A stretch of DNA of 64,000 nucleotides from an uncultured Anaerolineales bacterium (GTDB lineage Bacteria > Chloroflexota > Anaerolineae > Anaerolineales > RBG-16-64-43). The position numbers and the translations under genes were made by a program. This document shows positions 20,231-28,558 of the stretch, piece by piece (within the stretch, counting starts at the first letter, position 1; each line of letters opens with the position of its first letter). The DNA lies in assembly GCA_964353865.1 (NCBI GenBank), contig CAYGXJ010000078.1, forward strand, positions 1,853-65,852, given 5' to 3'. The notes beneath the pieces are model-generated. The model did not search any database. It worked only from the letters and a program-made list of their open reading frames with translations, and was not told where the DNA came from.

Positions 20231-21391
20231 ATGCGCATTGGCATTCTTACTGGTGGAGGCGATGTCCCGGGGTTGAATGTCGCCATCAAGGCCGTGGTGC
20301 TGGCGGCCGAGGAGATGGGCTGGGACGTTTTGGGGGTCCGCCGTGGGTGGGGGGGTCTGCTTAACTACAACCCGGCGGCTGACTCGCACACCAACACGGG
20401 GCTGGTGCTGCCCCTCACACGCGAAACGGTCCGCACGGTCGATCGCGACGGGGGAACCTTCCTGCACACCTCGCGCACCAACCCGCAGAAGGTCAAGCCC
20501 AAGGACCTGCCCGAATTCCTTAGGAGCGAGTATCCGCTCAAGGAGGGCAAGACCACCGTGGACTGCACCGACCACACGCTGCGCGTGCTTTCCCATCTCA
20601 AGGTGGATGCATTGATCCCGATCGGCGGCGACGATACGCTTTCGTTTGCGGCCCGGCTGCACAAGGAAGGGGTCAAGGTCGTGGCCATCCCCAAGACGAT
20701 GGACAACGACGTCTACGGCACCGACTACTGCATCGGGTTCAGCACCGCCGTCTCGCGCAGCGTTGAATTCATCCATGCTTTGCGCACGCCCAGCGGAAGC
20801 CACGAGCGGGTGCTGATGGTGGAGCTCTTCGGGCGCAACAGCGGCGAGACGGCCCTCATCGCCGCCTACTTGGCGGATGCCGACCGCGCGCTCATCAGCG
20901 AAGTGCCGTTCGACGTCCAGCGCCTGGCGCCGATGGTCGTGGCGGACCGGCAGCGCAACCCCAGCCGCTATGCCGTGGTGGTCGTTTCCGAAGGGGCGAG
21001 CATGATCGGAGGCGAGATCGTCGAGACCGGCCAGGAGGATGCGTTCGGCCACAAGAAGCTGGGCGGCATCGGTCAGATGACGAGCGAAGCGCTCAAGAAG
21101 CTGACCGGCCTCGAATTCGTAAACCAGACACTGGCCTACCTGATGCGCGCCGGGCCGCCCGACTCTCTCGACCGCATGGTCGCGATCTCGTACGGCAACC
21201 TGGCAATGCAGCAAATGGCGCAGGGCAATTTCGGGCGCATGGTGGCCGTGCAGCAGGGCTGTTTCACCACCGTGCCCATCGACACGGCCATTCAGGGAAA
21301 GCGCCAAGTGGACGTGAAGGAGTTTTACGACGAGCAGGAATACCGACCGAAAGTGAAAGCGGTTGTTGGCAAGCCGATGTTCCTGTACTAA
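20231..21391 (+). CDS. pfk: 6-phosphofructokinase, predicted PPi-dependent type
   Basis: [39 protein letters not shown]. Asp in GGDD and Lys in PKTxDND are the signature reported for PPi-PFKs. Confidence 0.85.
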   Translation: MRIGILTGGGDVPGLNVAIKAVVLAAEEMGWDVLGVRRGWGGLLNYNPAADSHTNTGLVLPLTRETVRTVDRDGGTFLHTSRTNPQKVKPKDLPEFLRSEYPLKEGKTTVDCTDHTLRVLSHLKVDALIPIGGDDTLSFAARLHKEGVKVVAIPKTMDNDVYGTDYCIGFSTAVSRSVEFIHALRTPSGSHERVLMVELFGRNSGETALIAAYLADADRALISEVPFDVQRLAPMVVADRQRNPSRYAVVVVSEGASMIGGEIVETGQEDAFGHKKLGGIGQMTSEALKKLTGLEFVNQTLAYLMRAGPPDSLDRMVAISYGNLAMQQMAQGNFGRMVAVQQGCFTTVPIDTAIQGKRQVDVKEFYDEQEYRPKVKAVVGKPMFLY

Positions 21392-21477
21392 TGCAAATTG
21401 CGGAATGACCGGCGAGCCCGGAACCCGAGGCAGGTTTTGAGATTCCCAGCGGCACTCTCTTCCGCACGAGGTGGGCC

Positions 21478-21882
21478 ATGACACCGACGCAGGCCGTCGC
21501 GAGCCGCGAACGCCCGACATTCAGCCTGTTGGCCATTGTGACCCTTGGGTTTGTGGCCGGCATGTGGATGGCCTGGCAAGGATTGGTCACCCGCCTGACG
21601 GGCAGTGTGCCCTTCGCGTTTGGGGGGCAGGAACTATGGGTCACGCTGGCCGCCGCAGGGGGCCTTTCTCCTGCCGCATTCGACTGGCCGCTTGTGATTG
21701 TTGGCACCTCGTGGTGGGGCGCCACATTGGGGTTGTGGATGCGCAACAAGTGGGGCTGGCCGGTGACGCTGATCCTGGGGTCGCTCTCGCTCCTGCATCT
21801 GTGGGTGGTCACCCTCATGGCCGCCGCCGTGCTCGGGCTGCTGTTCTTGCCTGCGGTGCGCCGATGGGGACGCGGCGAATAG
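21478..21882 (+). CDS. small integral membrane protein (about 4 TM), unknown function
   Basis: Hydrophobic, Trp-rich segments. ATG start. The 3' end overlaps the next gene by 19 nt. Confidence 0.5.
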   Translation: MTPTQAVASRERPTFSLLAIVTLGFVAGMWMAWQGLVTRLTGSVPFAFGGQELWVTLAAAGGLSPAAFDWPLVIVGTSWWGATLGLWMRNKWGWPVTLILGSLSLLHLWVVTLMAAAVLGLLFLPAVRRWGRGE

Positions 21883-23024
21883 CCTCTCCTCGGGCTCTGC
21901 CCGCTTCGTTTGGCGTCGCCATTCTCGTCGGCGCGCTCATCGCAGGCTGCGGCCGGCCCGGCGCGAGCGTGCCCGCAACGGAAACCCTAGCACAGCCTGC
22001 CACCTTGACGGCTGCCCACGCATCGCCCACCCCGAGCGCGGTTCCAACTTCCACAGCAACGCCGCTGCCCACAGCGGTGCCGACGCCAAGCGCGACTCCG
22101 CCTGTTCTCACCACCTTCACCACTTCACGCTTGTTGCGCGGCGTGCAGCCGGCCGCGTATATCGCCAACACCTGCGCTTACTTGCGAGCGCGGTGGGATC
22201 CGGCCCGCAGCGCACCCGGAACGCTCATCCTGCCGGTGGCCTTTCATGGGGTGAGCACCGCCGGCAACCGCGGGCCGGGCGATACCACTACGCCGGTGGA
22301 GGACTTGCAGGCCAGCGTCTACTGGGCCAATCAGCTGGGCTTTGCCACGGTCACCATTACCCAGGCCGCCGACTTCCTCGAGAGCAACGCCTCCATCCCG
22401 CGCCTCTCGATGGTGTGGATCGTCGATGACCGCAATGCCGGCACGGTCGAGGGCCACATGATGCCGGTCATGATCGCCAATAACTGGACCATGTCGATGG
22501 CCTGGCCGATCGGCGACACGGACCTCCGTGCGGGATTGTGGCAACGGGCCGAGGCGTTGGCGGCGACGGGGCGGGTCGAGTTTCAGGCCCACGGCTATGA
22601 GCACAACCTGACGATCCACCCCACCTCCTCCGATGCGTACGTCCACAACGAGATCTTCGGCCCGCTTCCAATTCTCGAGAAGCATTTCGGGCGTTTGCCG
22701 GTGGCGTTTGTCTGGCCAGGTGGCAACTTCACGACACCCGCCGCACGACTCGTGCGAGAGGCCGGCTACCGCCTGGCCTTCACCTTCAGCGCGCGCGGCC
22801 CGCTTATGTTCAATTGGATTCCGCTGAACGACAAGGAGCGCGAGGTGGGAGATCCGCTGATGGTCCTGCCGCGCGAATGGGGCTACCCCGGACTTGTCGC
22901 CCAGTTGCGCAAGGCGGCCGAGATCAGCCAGGCGGCGCACGAATTTGCCCTCGCCAACTACGACACCGAGGCCGCCTACTACCGATCCGCTTGTGGCGGC
23001 GAGCTTCCCGAACCCGCTCAATAA
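21864..23024 (+). CDS. polysaccharide deacetylase-like lipoprotein
   Basis: Lipobox LIAGCG and a Thr/Pro/Ala linker. NodB-like segments (WIVDDRN..., FQAHGYEHN, FVWPGGNFT). Start trimmed from 21471 to ATG 21864. Confidence 0.65.
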   Translation: MGTRRIASPRALPASFGVAILVGALIAGCGRPGASVPATETLAQPATLTAAHASPTPSAVPTSTATPLPTAVPTPSATPPVLTTFTTSRLLRGVQPAAYIANTCAYLRARWDPARSAPGTLILPVAFHGVSTAGNRGPGDTTTPVEDLQASVYWANQLGFATVTITQAADFLESNASIPRLSMVWIVDDRNAGTVEGHMMPVMIANNWTMSMAWPIGDTDLRAGLWQRAEALAATGRVEFQAHGYEHNLTIHPTSSDAYVHNEIFGPLPILEKHFGRLPVAFVWPGGNFTTPAARLVREAGYRLAFTFSARGPLMFNWIPLNDKEREVGDPLMVLPREWGYPGLVAQLRKAAEISQAAHEFALANYDTEAAYYRSACGGELPEPAQ

Positions 23025-23192
23025 CCTGCGCCGCCCGCGCATCATCCGATGGCGAGATGTCGAATTCGGACATGAAGGGCCATGGTGGGCGACAGGTTGT
23101 TGTAAGCCAGCACGCCGGCTCCGGCGGAGTGCAACCCCTCCGCGGGCGAAGCGTATATCAACTGTGGAAGCGGCCGGGCAGGCGCACACGGG

Positions 23193-23220
23193 TTGCGCTT
23201 CACCGCGACTGCCATATAAT
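23193..23220 (+). promoter_or_regulatory. putative sigma-70-type promoter (TTGCGC-N16-TATAAT)
   Basis: -35 at 23193-23198 and -10 at 23215-23220, 56 nt upstream of ATG 23276. Confidence 0.45.
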
Positions 23221-23275
23221 TGCCTACACGACCTGCGCCGCTGTGGCGCCGGGCCACCAGGCAAGGAGATGAAGC

Positions 23276-23794
23276 ATGACTGATCTCGTTTCCAAAATCA
23301 AGGGCGCCCGCAACTTCTTTGAGAAGATCGTCGCCGTGATCCCTGGCTTCAAGGGCTACGTCGAGCGCTCGAACCGGCGCGATGCCGATAAGCTGCTGCG
23401 CACGACGGTGGCCAGCCGCTATGAGGAGCAGTGGTCGCGCATTTCGGAACTGCAGCGCCAGCTCGTAGCCCAGGGGCAGATCGAGTCGCTCGACGACCTG
23501 GAGGCCTCTGTCATGAAGCTGCGCGCGCTCGTGGATCGTGTGCGCCACGCGGCCTACGGCTACTCCGGTTTCTTCGATGCGGTCAAGGTGAACGAGGCCG
23601 AGCTCGACACGCTGTATCAATACGACAGCACCCTGCTCGACAAGGTGGCCCAGGTCTCCAGTGCGGTCGACAACGTGGCCTCCTCCATCGGGGGCGAGGG
23701 GCTGCCGGCGGCCGTTCGCAATCTGACGGCCTTGGCGCAGGAATGCATCGATCTGTTCGACCGCCGGGGCGAGGTGATCCTGACCTCCGGCTAA
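23276..23794 (+). CDS. predicted all-helical hypothetical protein (partner of the SPFH protein)
   Basis: 172 aa. AAGGAG RBS with 7-nt spacing. Heptad-like helical sequence. I recognise no family. Confidence 0.6.
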   Translation: MTDLVSKIKGARNFFEKIVAVIPGFKGYVERSNRRDADKLLRTTVASRYEEQWSRISELQRQLVAQGQIESLDDLEASVMKLRALVDRVRHAAYGYSGFFDAVKVNEAELDTLYQYDSTLLDKVAQVSSAVDNVASSIGGEGLPAAVRNLTALAQECIDLFDRRGEVILTSG

Positions 23795-23866
23795 CGGCCG
23801 GCCAGGCGCCATCCGCCACAACGCGCCGCCCGTTGAGGCGCCGCTCAGCATCACGGAGAGAAACAC

Positions 23867-24898
23867 ATGGCTAGAATTTTCGATGTGATCGAATACCCGA
23901 TCGAAATGAAGGACGAGATCGTCCATCGCTTTCCCGAGACCGGGTTCGGCGATTTCCGCATCGGCTCGCAGGTGATCGTGCGCGAGTCGCAGGCGGCGGT
24001 GTTCTTCCGCGACGGCAAGGCGCTGGATGTCTTCCTCGCCGGGCGGCACACCATCTCCACCGCTAACATCCCGTACCTGATCGATCTGATCGGCAAGGCC
24101 TTCAACGAGCGCACGCCTTTCACGGCGGAGGTGTACTTCGTCTCGTTGCGCGAGTTCACCAACGAGAAGTGGGGCACCCCGCAGCCGATCATCGTGCGCA
24201 ACCCCGGCATGGGCCTGGGCGTGGCGCTCATGCAGGGCTTCGGCTCCTACTCCTACCAGGTCCACGACCCGCAGCAGTTCGTCACCCAAATCGTGGGCGC
24301 CACCGGCACCTACGCCACGAGCGAGATCCAGAGCCGGCTGCGCGCCATTCTGCTCTCGAAGCTGCAGGATATGCTCGGCGAGGTGGGGGCCAAGAAGTCG
24401 GTGCCCGAACTCATCGGGCTGACCGAGGAACTCGGCGCCGGTGTGCGCGCCAAGGGACAGGACGACTTCCGCGCGGTGGGGCTGACGCTGAAGACCTTCT
24501 ACATCGAGAATCTCAAGCCCTCCGACAAGAGCGCCGAAGAACTACGGGCGATGGGCATGCTCGACATGGCAACCTACACTCAGTTGCAGGCGGCGGATGC
24601 GATGCGCGAAGCGGCGCGCAACCCGCAGGGCGGGGCCGGGCTTACCGCCGGCATCGGGGCTGGCATGTCGATCGGCCAGGTGATGGGCCAGGCACTGCAG
24701 GGCGGGGCGGCCGGTGTGGCCGGCGCCGCGGCGGGAGCCATGCCGGATGTGATGACGGTTTCGGACGCGGCCGGGCTGCTCAAGGTGGGTGAAGAAGATG
24801 TGCTTGCACTGATCACCGCCGGCGAGCTCAAGGCCAAGAAGATCGGGTCGACCTACCGCATTGCCAAGACCGCCCTCGAAGAGTATCTGAAGAAGTAG
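23867..24898 (+). CDS. SPFH/Band-7 (YdjI-like) protein with Gly/Ala-rich linker and C-terminal excisionase-type HTH
   Basis: N-terminus FDVIEYP...IVHRFPE...GSQVIVRESQAAVFFRDGK (YdjI-type SPFH). C-terminus MTVSDAAGLLKVGEEDVLALITAGELKAKKIGSTYRIAKTALEEYL (HTH_17-like). Confidence 0.75.
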   Translation: MARIFDVIEYPIEMKDEIVHRFPETGFGDFRIGSQVIVRESQAAVFFRDGKALDVFLAGRHTISTANIPYLIDLIGKAFNERTPFTAEVYFVSLREFTNEKWGTPQPIIVRNPGMGLGVALMQGFGSYSYQVHDPQQFVTQIVGATGTYATSEIQSRLRAILLSKLQDMLGEVGAKKSVPELIGLTEELGAGVRAKGQDDFRAVGLTLKTFYIENLKPSDKSAEELRAMGMLDMATYTQLQAADAMREAARNPQGGAGLTAGIGAGMSIGQVMGQALQGGAAGVAGAAAGAMPDVMTVSDAAGLLKVGEEDVLALITAGELKAKKIGSTYRIAKTALEEYLKK

Positions 24899-24917
24899 CC
24901 GCTCCACGCAAGCCACG

Positions 24918-24947
24918 GTCAAGGGGCCTCGCCGCCCCTTGACTTTT
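24918..24947 (+). terminator. rho-independent terminator after the SPFH gene
   Basis: GTCAAGGGGC-CTCGCC-GCCCCTTGAC followed by TTTT. Confidence 0.75.
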
Positions 24948-24954
24948 CGGTCAT

Positions 24955-24974
24955 ATATCGTATAATTACGATAT
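24955..24974. promoter_or_regulatory. ArsR-type operator, 8-4-8 inverted repeat ATATCGTA-TAAT-TACGATAT, overlapping the -10 TATAAT (24961-24966)
   Basis: Perfect 8-bp arms, 14 nt upstream of the arsR ATG. An AGAGG RBS follows. Confidence 0.65.
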
Positions 24975-24987
24975 AGAGGCGAAGCCA

Positions 24988-25344
24988 ATGAAGGACGTGC
25001 GTTTGAAATCGGATGAGGCACGGCTGGTGCGTATGGCGCGTGCGCTGGGAAACCCGCTGCGCTTGCGCCTGCTGCGCTACCTGGTCGACAACCCGCAATG
25101 CATCACTGGCGACCTGGTGCAGTTCAGCGGGCTGGCGCAATCCACGGTCAGCCAACACCTCAAGGTACTGCGCCAGGCAGGCTGGGTGACCGGCGAGGTG
25201 GAAGGCCCGGCCACGTGTTACTGCCTCGATCCTGAAGCCATGGCGTGGTTCGCCGATGAGATGCAGAACCTGTCCAAGAGCTGGTCGCAAATCTGTTGTC
25301 CGCCGCGTCCAGCGGCGAAATTGGATGTGGAGGTCACGAGATGA
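24988..25344 (+). CDS. arsR: ArsR/SmtB family transcriptional repressor
   Basis: Winged-HTH [13 protein letters not shown]...[33 protein letters not shown] overlap with arsM. Confidence 0.9.
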   Translation: MKDVRLKSDEARLVRMARALGNPLRLRLLRYLVDNPQCITGDLVQFSGLAQSTVSQHLKVLRQAGWVTGEVEGPATCYCLDPEAMAWFADEMQNLSKSWSQICCPPRPAAKLDVEVTR

Positions 25345-26159
25345 GTGAGATAGTTGAGAAAGAGGGCGAGGCCACTCACGCAGCAGTGCGCGAGCATTAT
25401 GCCCGCAGTGCGCGCGAGGCGGCGCAGGTGAGTGCCGGGGACGGCTGCGGCTGCGGAGCGGGGAGCGCGGGCAACGCCTGCTGCGGGGCGGGGGCCATGA
25501 CGAGCGAAGCCAACCTCGCCCTGGGCGAGGCTGCACCCATCCTGGCCTCCTGGGGATGCGGCAGCCCCACCGCCATTGCCGCGTTGCGCCCGGGGCAGGT
25601 GGTGCTCGACCTGGGAAGTGGCGGGGGTTACGATGCCTTCCTCGCCGTGCGTGCGGTGGCTCCCGAAGGGGGCGCGGTGGGGCGAGTCATCGGCGTGGAT
25701 ATGACGCCGGAGATGCTCGAGTTGGCGCGCGCCAACGCCCACCGGCTGGGCCTCGACCCTCACGTCGAATTCCGTCAAGGGTACATCGAAGCCCTGCCGG
25801 TGGAGGCCCACTCGGTGGATGTGATCCTCTCCAACTGCGTCATCAACCTGGCGCCCGACAAGGCGGCAGTCTTCAGCGAAGCCTTCCGCGTCCTGCGCCC
25901 GGGCGGGTGGCTCTCGCTCTCGGATATCGTCTCCGATCGACCGCTGCCCGAAGCGCAGCGGCGCGACTTGGCCAGTTGGGCGGGTTGCGTATCGGGCGCG
26001 CTGACCGAGGGCGAATACTTGGGGGCCATCCGCGACGCCGGTTTCGCGCCGATTGAGGTGACCTCGCGCGAGGCATGGCACCGCGATGGGGAGGTTGAAC
26101 TCTTCAGCCTGACGCTGCGCGCCTTCAAACCGGAGGTGCCGCACTCGGCGGAGGCGTGA
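25341..26159 (+). CDS. arsM: arsenite S-adenosylmethionine methyltransferase
   Basis: Cys-rich N-terminus (GCGCG...ACCG), SAM motif [11 protein letters not shown] and conserved WAGCVSGAL. Start ATG 25341 overlaps the arsR stop. Confidence 0.85.
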   Translation: MSEIVEKEGEATHAAVREHYARSAREAAQVSAGDGCGCGAGSAGNACCGAGAMTSEANLALGEAAPILASWGCGSPTAIAALRPGQVVLDLGSGGGYDAFLAVRAVAPEGGAVGRVIGVDMTPEMLELARANAHRLGLDPHVEFRQGYIEALPVEAHSVDVILSNCVINLAPDKAAVFSEAFRVLRPGGWLSLSDIVSDRPLPEAQRRDLASWAGCVSGALTEGEYLGAIRDAGFAPIEVTSREAWHRDGEVELFSLTLRAFKPEVPHSAEA

Positions 26160-26170
26160 GGCTGCGGGGA

Positions 26171-26235
26171 CAGGGCATAGCACGCTTTACCCTTGACCGC
26201 GTGCGGATGGCATGCGCACTGAGGCCCGCGCGCGC
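26171..26235 (+). repeat. Family-B interspersed element
   Basis: CAGGGCATAGCACGCTTTACCCTTGACCGCGTGCGGATGGCATGCGCACTGAGGCCCGCGCG is roughly 85% identical (by eye) to 59759-59825. Confidence 0.8.
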
Positions 26236-26331
26236 GCGACACAGAGGGTGTGTGGCCGATGGATCGCAAGCTGAGTCTGTGGGCGAGAGCCGGTCAGGGC
26301 TGCGCCCTCTCGGAATGACCCACTGGCTCTG

Positions 26332-26357
26332 CTTGTTGGGGCAGGCCATGGCGTGCC
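26332..26357. repeat. Family-A palindromic element
   Basis: Reverse complement of nt 1-26 at 25/26 positions. GGGGCAGGCCATGGCGTGCC. Confidence 0.85.
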
Positions 26358-26464
26358 CGCCTCGTGGCGTGAGTTGCCGGCCTCCGACATCATGACGGCG
26401 TGAAGCTAGGAGCCGAGAGTCCTCGGGGCTCTGCCCCACGGAATGACAGTCTCTCAACATACGA

Positions 26465-26500
26465 ACCAGCGCACCCGAGAGGGTGCGCTGGTCTTATTGT
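26465..26500 (+). terminator. rho-independent terminator (12-bp perfect stem ACCAGCGCACCC / GGGTGCGCTGGT, GAGA loop, CTTATTGT tail)
   Basis: Read directly. Lies about 300 nt downstream of arsM, beyond the repeat island. Confidence 0.6.
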
Positions 26501-26575
26501 CGAGCGTGTGCGGCAATTCAGGCGCAGGTCGTGCTGGCGCGGGCGTGCGTAGGGCGTGCTATACCCTCTTCAGGA
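26501..26575 (-). repeat. Family-B interspersed element (reverse orientation, diverged)
   Basis: The reverse complement reads CTGAAGAGGGTATAGCACGCCCTACGCACGCCCGCGCC..., matching the GAAGAGGGCATAGCACGCC head of 59759-59825. Confidence 0.6.
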
Positions 26576-26603
26576 TCCGTCCGATGGGTCGTCGGCGCGG
26601 AGG

Positions 26604-27287
26604 CTACTCACCGATCGCGGCCAGGACCTTGGCGACTTGCTCCGGACGTAGTGTGGCCGATCGCGGCAGGCGCCGCACATACTCCTTGAGCTTCTCGGCG
26701 TGCATCGCCGGAGTGGGCGAGCCCTCCGCATCGACCTTCCCCTCGGCCGCGGTGAAGACGATGACGGACTTGATCGGCGGGAGCTCCTCGCCGGGCAGGA
26801 TCTTGTGCAACTTGCCGGTCAGTCCGGCCACTTCGGCCTCCGCTTCAAGGGACGGGTTGCCGAGCGATTCCTGAGCGAAGAAGCGGCGCATCCAGGTCAC
26901 GCCTGCGTGGCGCCACTTGTTTCCTTCGTAGCGGATCTGGCCGCCCTGGAACTTGGGCACCAGCGCCACGAGCCCTGAGGGCCCGATGAGCGCATGGGGC
27001 GTGCCCAGGCGATAGTGGACCAGCAGGTACTGGTCGTCGAGGCCCTTGAGCGCGGCGTCGAGCGCCTCGTCAGGCCGCGGGCGGCGACCCCAGCGGTTGG
27101 TGAAGAAGATGCCCACATTGGCCAGCACGAACCCGGTCATGAGGGCCAGCAGGGAGAGGTCGCTGCGCGTGGGCAAGAGAAACGTGACCACCATGCCGGC
27201 GATGAGCACCGCCAGCCCGCTCAAGTGAGCGACCACGCCGATGCGCGCATTGCGTTTGATGAGGGGTGCGTTGGTGACCAGTTTCAT
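26604..27287 (-). CDS. NERD-domain-like membrane protein (2 N-terminal TM helices)
   Basis: ALKGLDDQYLLVHYRLGTPHALIGPSGLVALVPKFQGGQIRYEG resembles the NERD core. ATG 27287 overlaps the fabF stop (ATGA). Confidence 0.55.
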   Translation of the reverse strand: MKLVTNAPLIKRNARIGVVAHLSGLAVLIAGMVVTFLLPTRSDLSLLALMTGFVLANVGIFFTNRWGRRPRPDEALDAALKGLDDQYLLVHYRLGTPHALIGPSGLVALVPKFQGGQIRYEGNKWRHAGVTWMRRFFAQESLGNPSLEAEAEVAGLTGKLHKILPGEELPPIKSVIVFTAAEGKVDAEGSPTPAMHAEKLKEYVRRLPRSATLRPEQVAKVLAAIGE

Positions 27288-28558
27288 GTGGGCTCCCAGC
27301 GGCGCAGGACGAGGCAGGCATTTTGCCCGCCCAGGCCGAACGAGTTCGACATCACCACCCGCGGCGAGGCCTCCCGCGCGCGATTGGGCACGACATCCAG
27401 GTCGCATTGCGGGTCGGGCGTGGTGTAGTTGATGGTGGGATGGATGTGACCGGTGTGCAGGGTGAGCGCGCAGACCAGCGCTTCGATGGCTCCCGCCGCG
27501 CCCATGGCGTGGCCGATCATCGATTTGGTCGAGCTGACCGCCAGGCGCCGCGCGTGTTCGCCGAACAAGGTCTTGATGGCCAGCGTCTCGGTTTGATCGT
27601 TGGCCTCGGTGGAGGTGCCGTGGGCGTTGATGTAATCCACCGCCTCGGGTGGCAGACCGGCGTCCTCAAGCGCCCAGCGCATGGTGCGCACCGCGCCGGC
27701 GGCATCCGGCCGTGGGATCGCGAGATGATATGCGTCGGAGGACGAGGCCTGGCCGACGATCTCGGCGTAGATGCGCGCCCCGCGGGCCTGCGCGTGGTCG
27801 AGGCGTTCGAGCACGAGGGCGGCCGCGCCCTCCGAAAAGACAAAACCTTCGCGGTCCTTGTCGAACGGCCGCGAGGCAAGTTCGGGCGAGTCGTTGTAGT
27901 GGATGGGCAAGGCGCGCATGGCGCAGAACCCGGCGATGGAGAAGTCGCGCACGAAGGCGTCGCAACCGCCGGCCAAGACCAGGTCGGCGCGTCCGCGGCG
28001 AATCCACTCCAAGCCCTCGCCGACCGTTTGCGTTCCGGTGGCGCAGGCGGTGGTGATGGTGAGGTTGGGCCCCAGCGCCCCGATGGTCTGCGTGATATGG
28101 AAGGTCGGCATGTTGGGCAGGCCGGAAGGCGCAGCATACGGGCTGACGCGCGCCAGCCCGCGCGTGCGCAGCACTTGAATCTCGTCATCGAAGCGGTCCA
28201 GCCCGCCGACAGTGGTGCCGAAGACGATTCCGGCGCGCTCGCCGTTCTCCAGCGGCCAGGCCACTCCGGCGTCGCGCAAGGCTTGGTGGGCGGAGGCCAC
28301 GGCGATCTGCGAGACGCGCGCCATGCGCCTCACTTCCTTCGGTTCAATATAGGCGCTCGGATCGAAGCCTTTGATCTCGCCGGCAATCTGGCAGGGCAGC
28401 CCGCTGGCATCGAATTGGGTGATGCGGCCAATGCCGGACCGGCCGGCCAGTAGCCCGTCCCAGAGCTGGGGCACGTCCAGCCCGAGGGCGGTGATGGCCC
28501 CCAGGCCGGTGATGACAACCCGCGAGGCGGAGGAGGGATCGGGCATCGCGCGTCTCAT
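27284..28558 (-). CDS. fabF: 3-oxoacyl-ACP synthase II
   Basis: RVVITGLG, catalytic TTACATG, NAHGTST, GHAMGAAG, NSFGLGGQN. Start is ATG 28558 (ATGA overlap with the plsX stop) or ATG 28546. Confidence 0.93.
   Translation of the reverse strand: MRRAMPDPSSASRVVITGLGAITALGLDVPQLWDGLLAGRSGIGRITQFDASGLPCQIAGEIKGFDPSAYIEPKEVRRMARVSQIAVASAHQALRDAGVAWPLENGERAGIVFGTTVGGLDRFDDEIQVLRTRGLARVSPYAAPSGLPNMPTFHITQTIGALGPNLTITTACATGTQTVGEGLEWIRRGRADLVLAGGCDAFVRDFSIAGFCAMRALPIHYNDSPELASRPFDKDREGFVFSEGAAALVLERLDHAQARGARIYAEIVGQASSSDAYHLAIPRPDAAGAVRTMRWALEDAGLPPEAVDYINAHGTSTEANDQTETLAIKTLFGEHARRLAVSSTKSMIGHAMGAAGAIEALVCALTLHTGHIHPTINYTTPDPQCDLDVVPNRAREASPRVVMSNSFGLGGQNACLVLRRWEPT

Noticed and set aside
21471-21863. 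The N-terminal 131 aa of the 517-aa ORF 21471-23024 read as part of the deacetylase-like protein.
   Set aside because: The extension is Arg/Gly/His-rich with no signal peptide. A proper lipoprotein signal (MGTRRIA...LIAGC) starts at ATG 21864, and the alternative frame encodes a plausible membrane protein (21478-21882).
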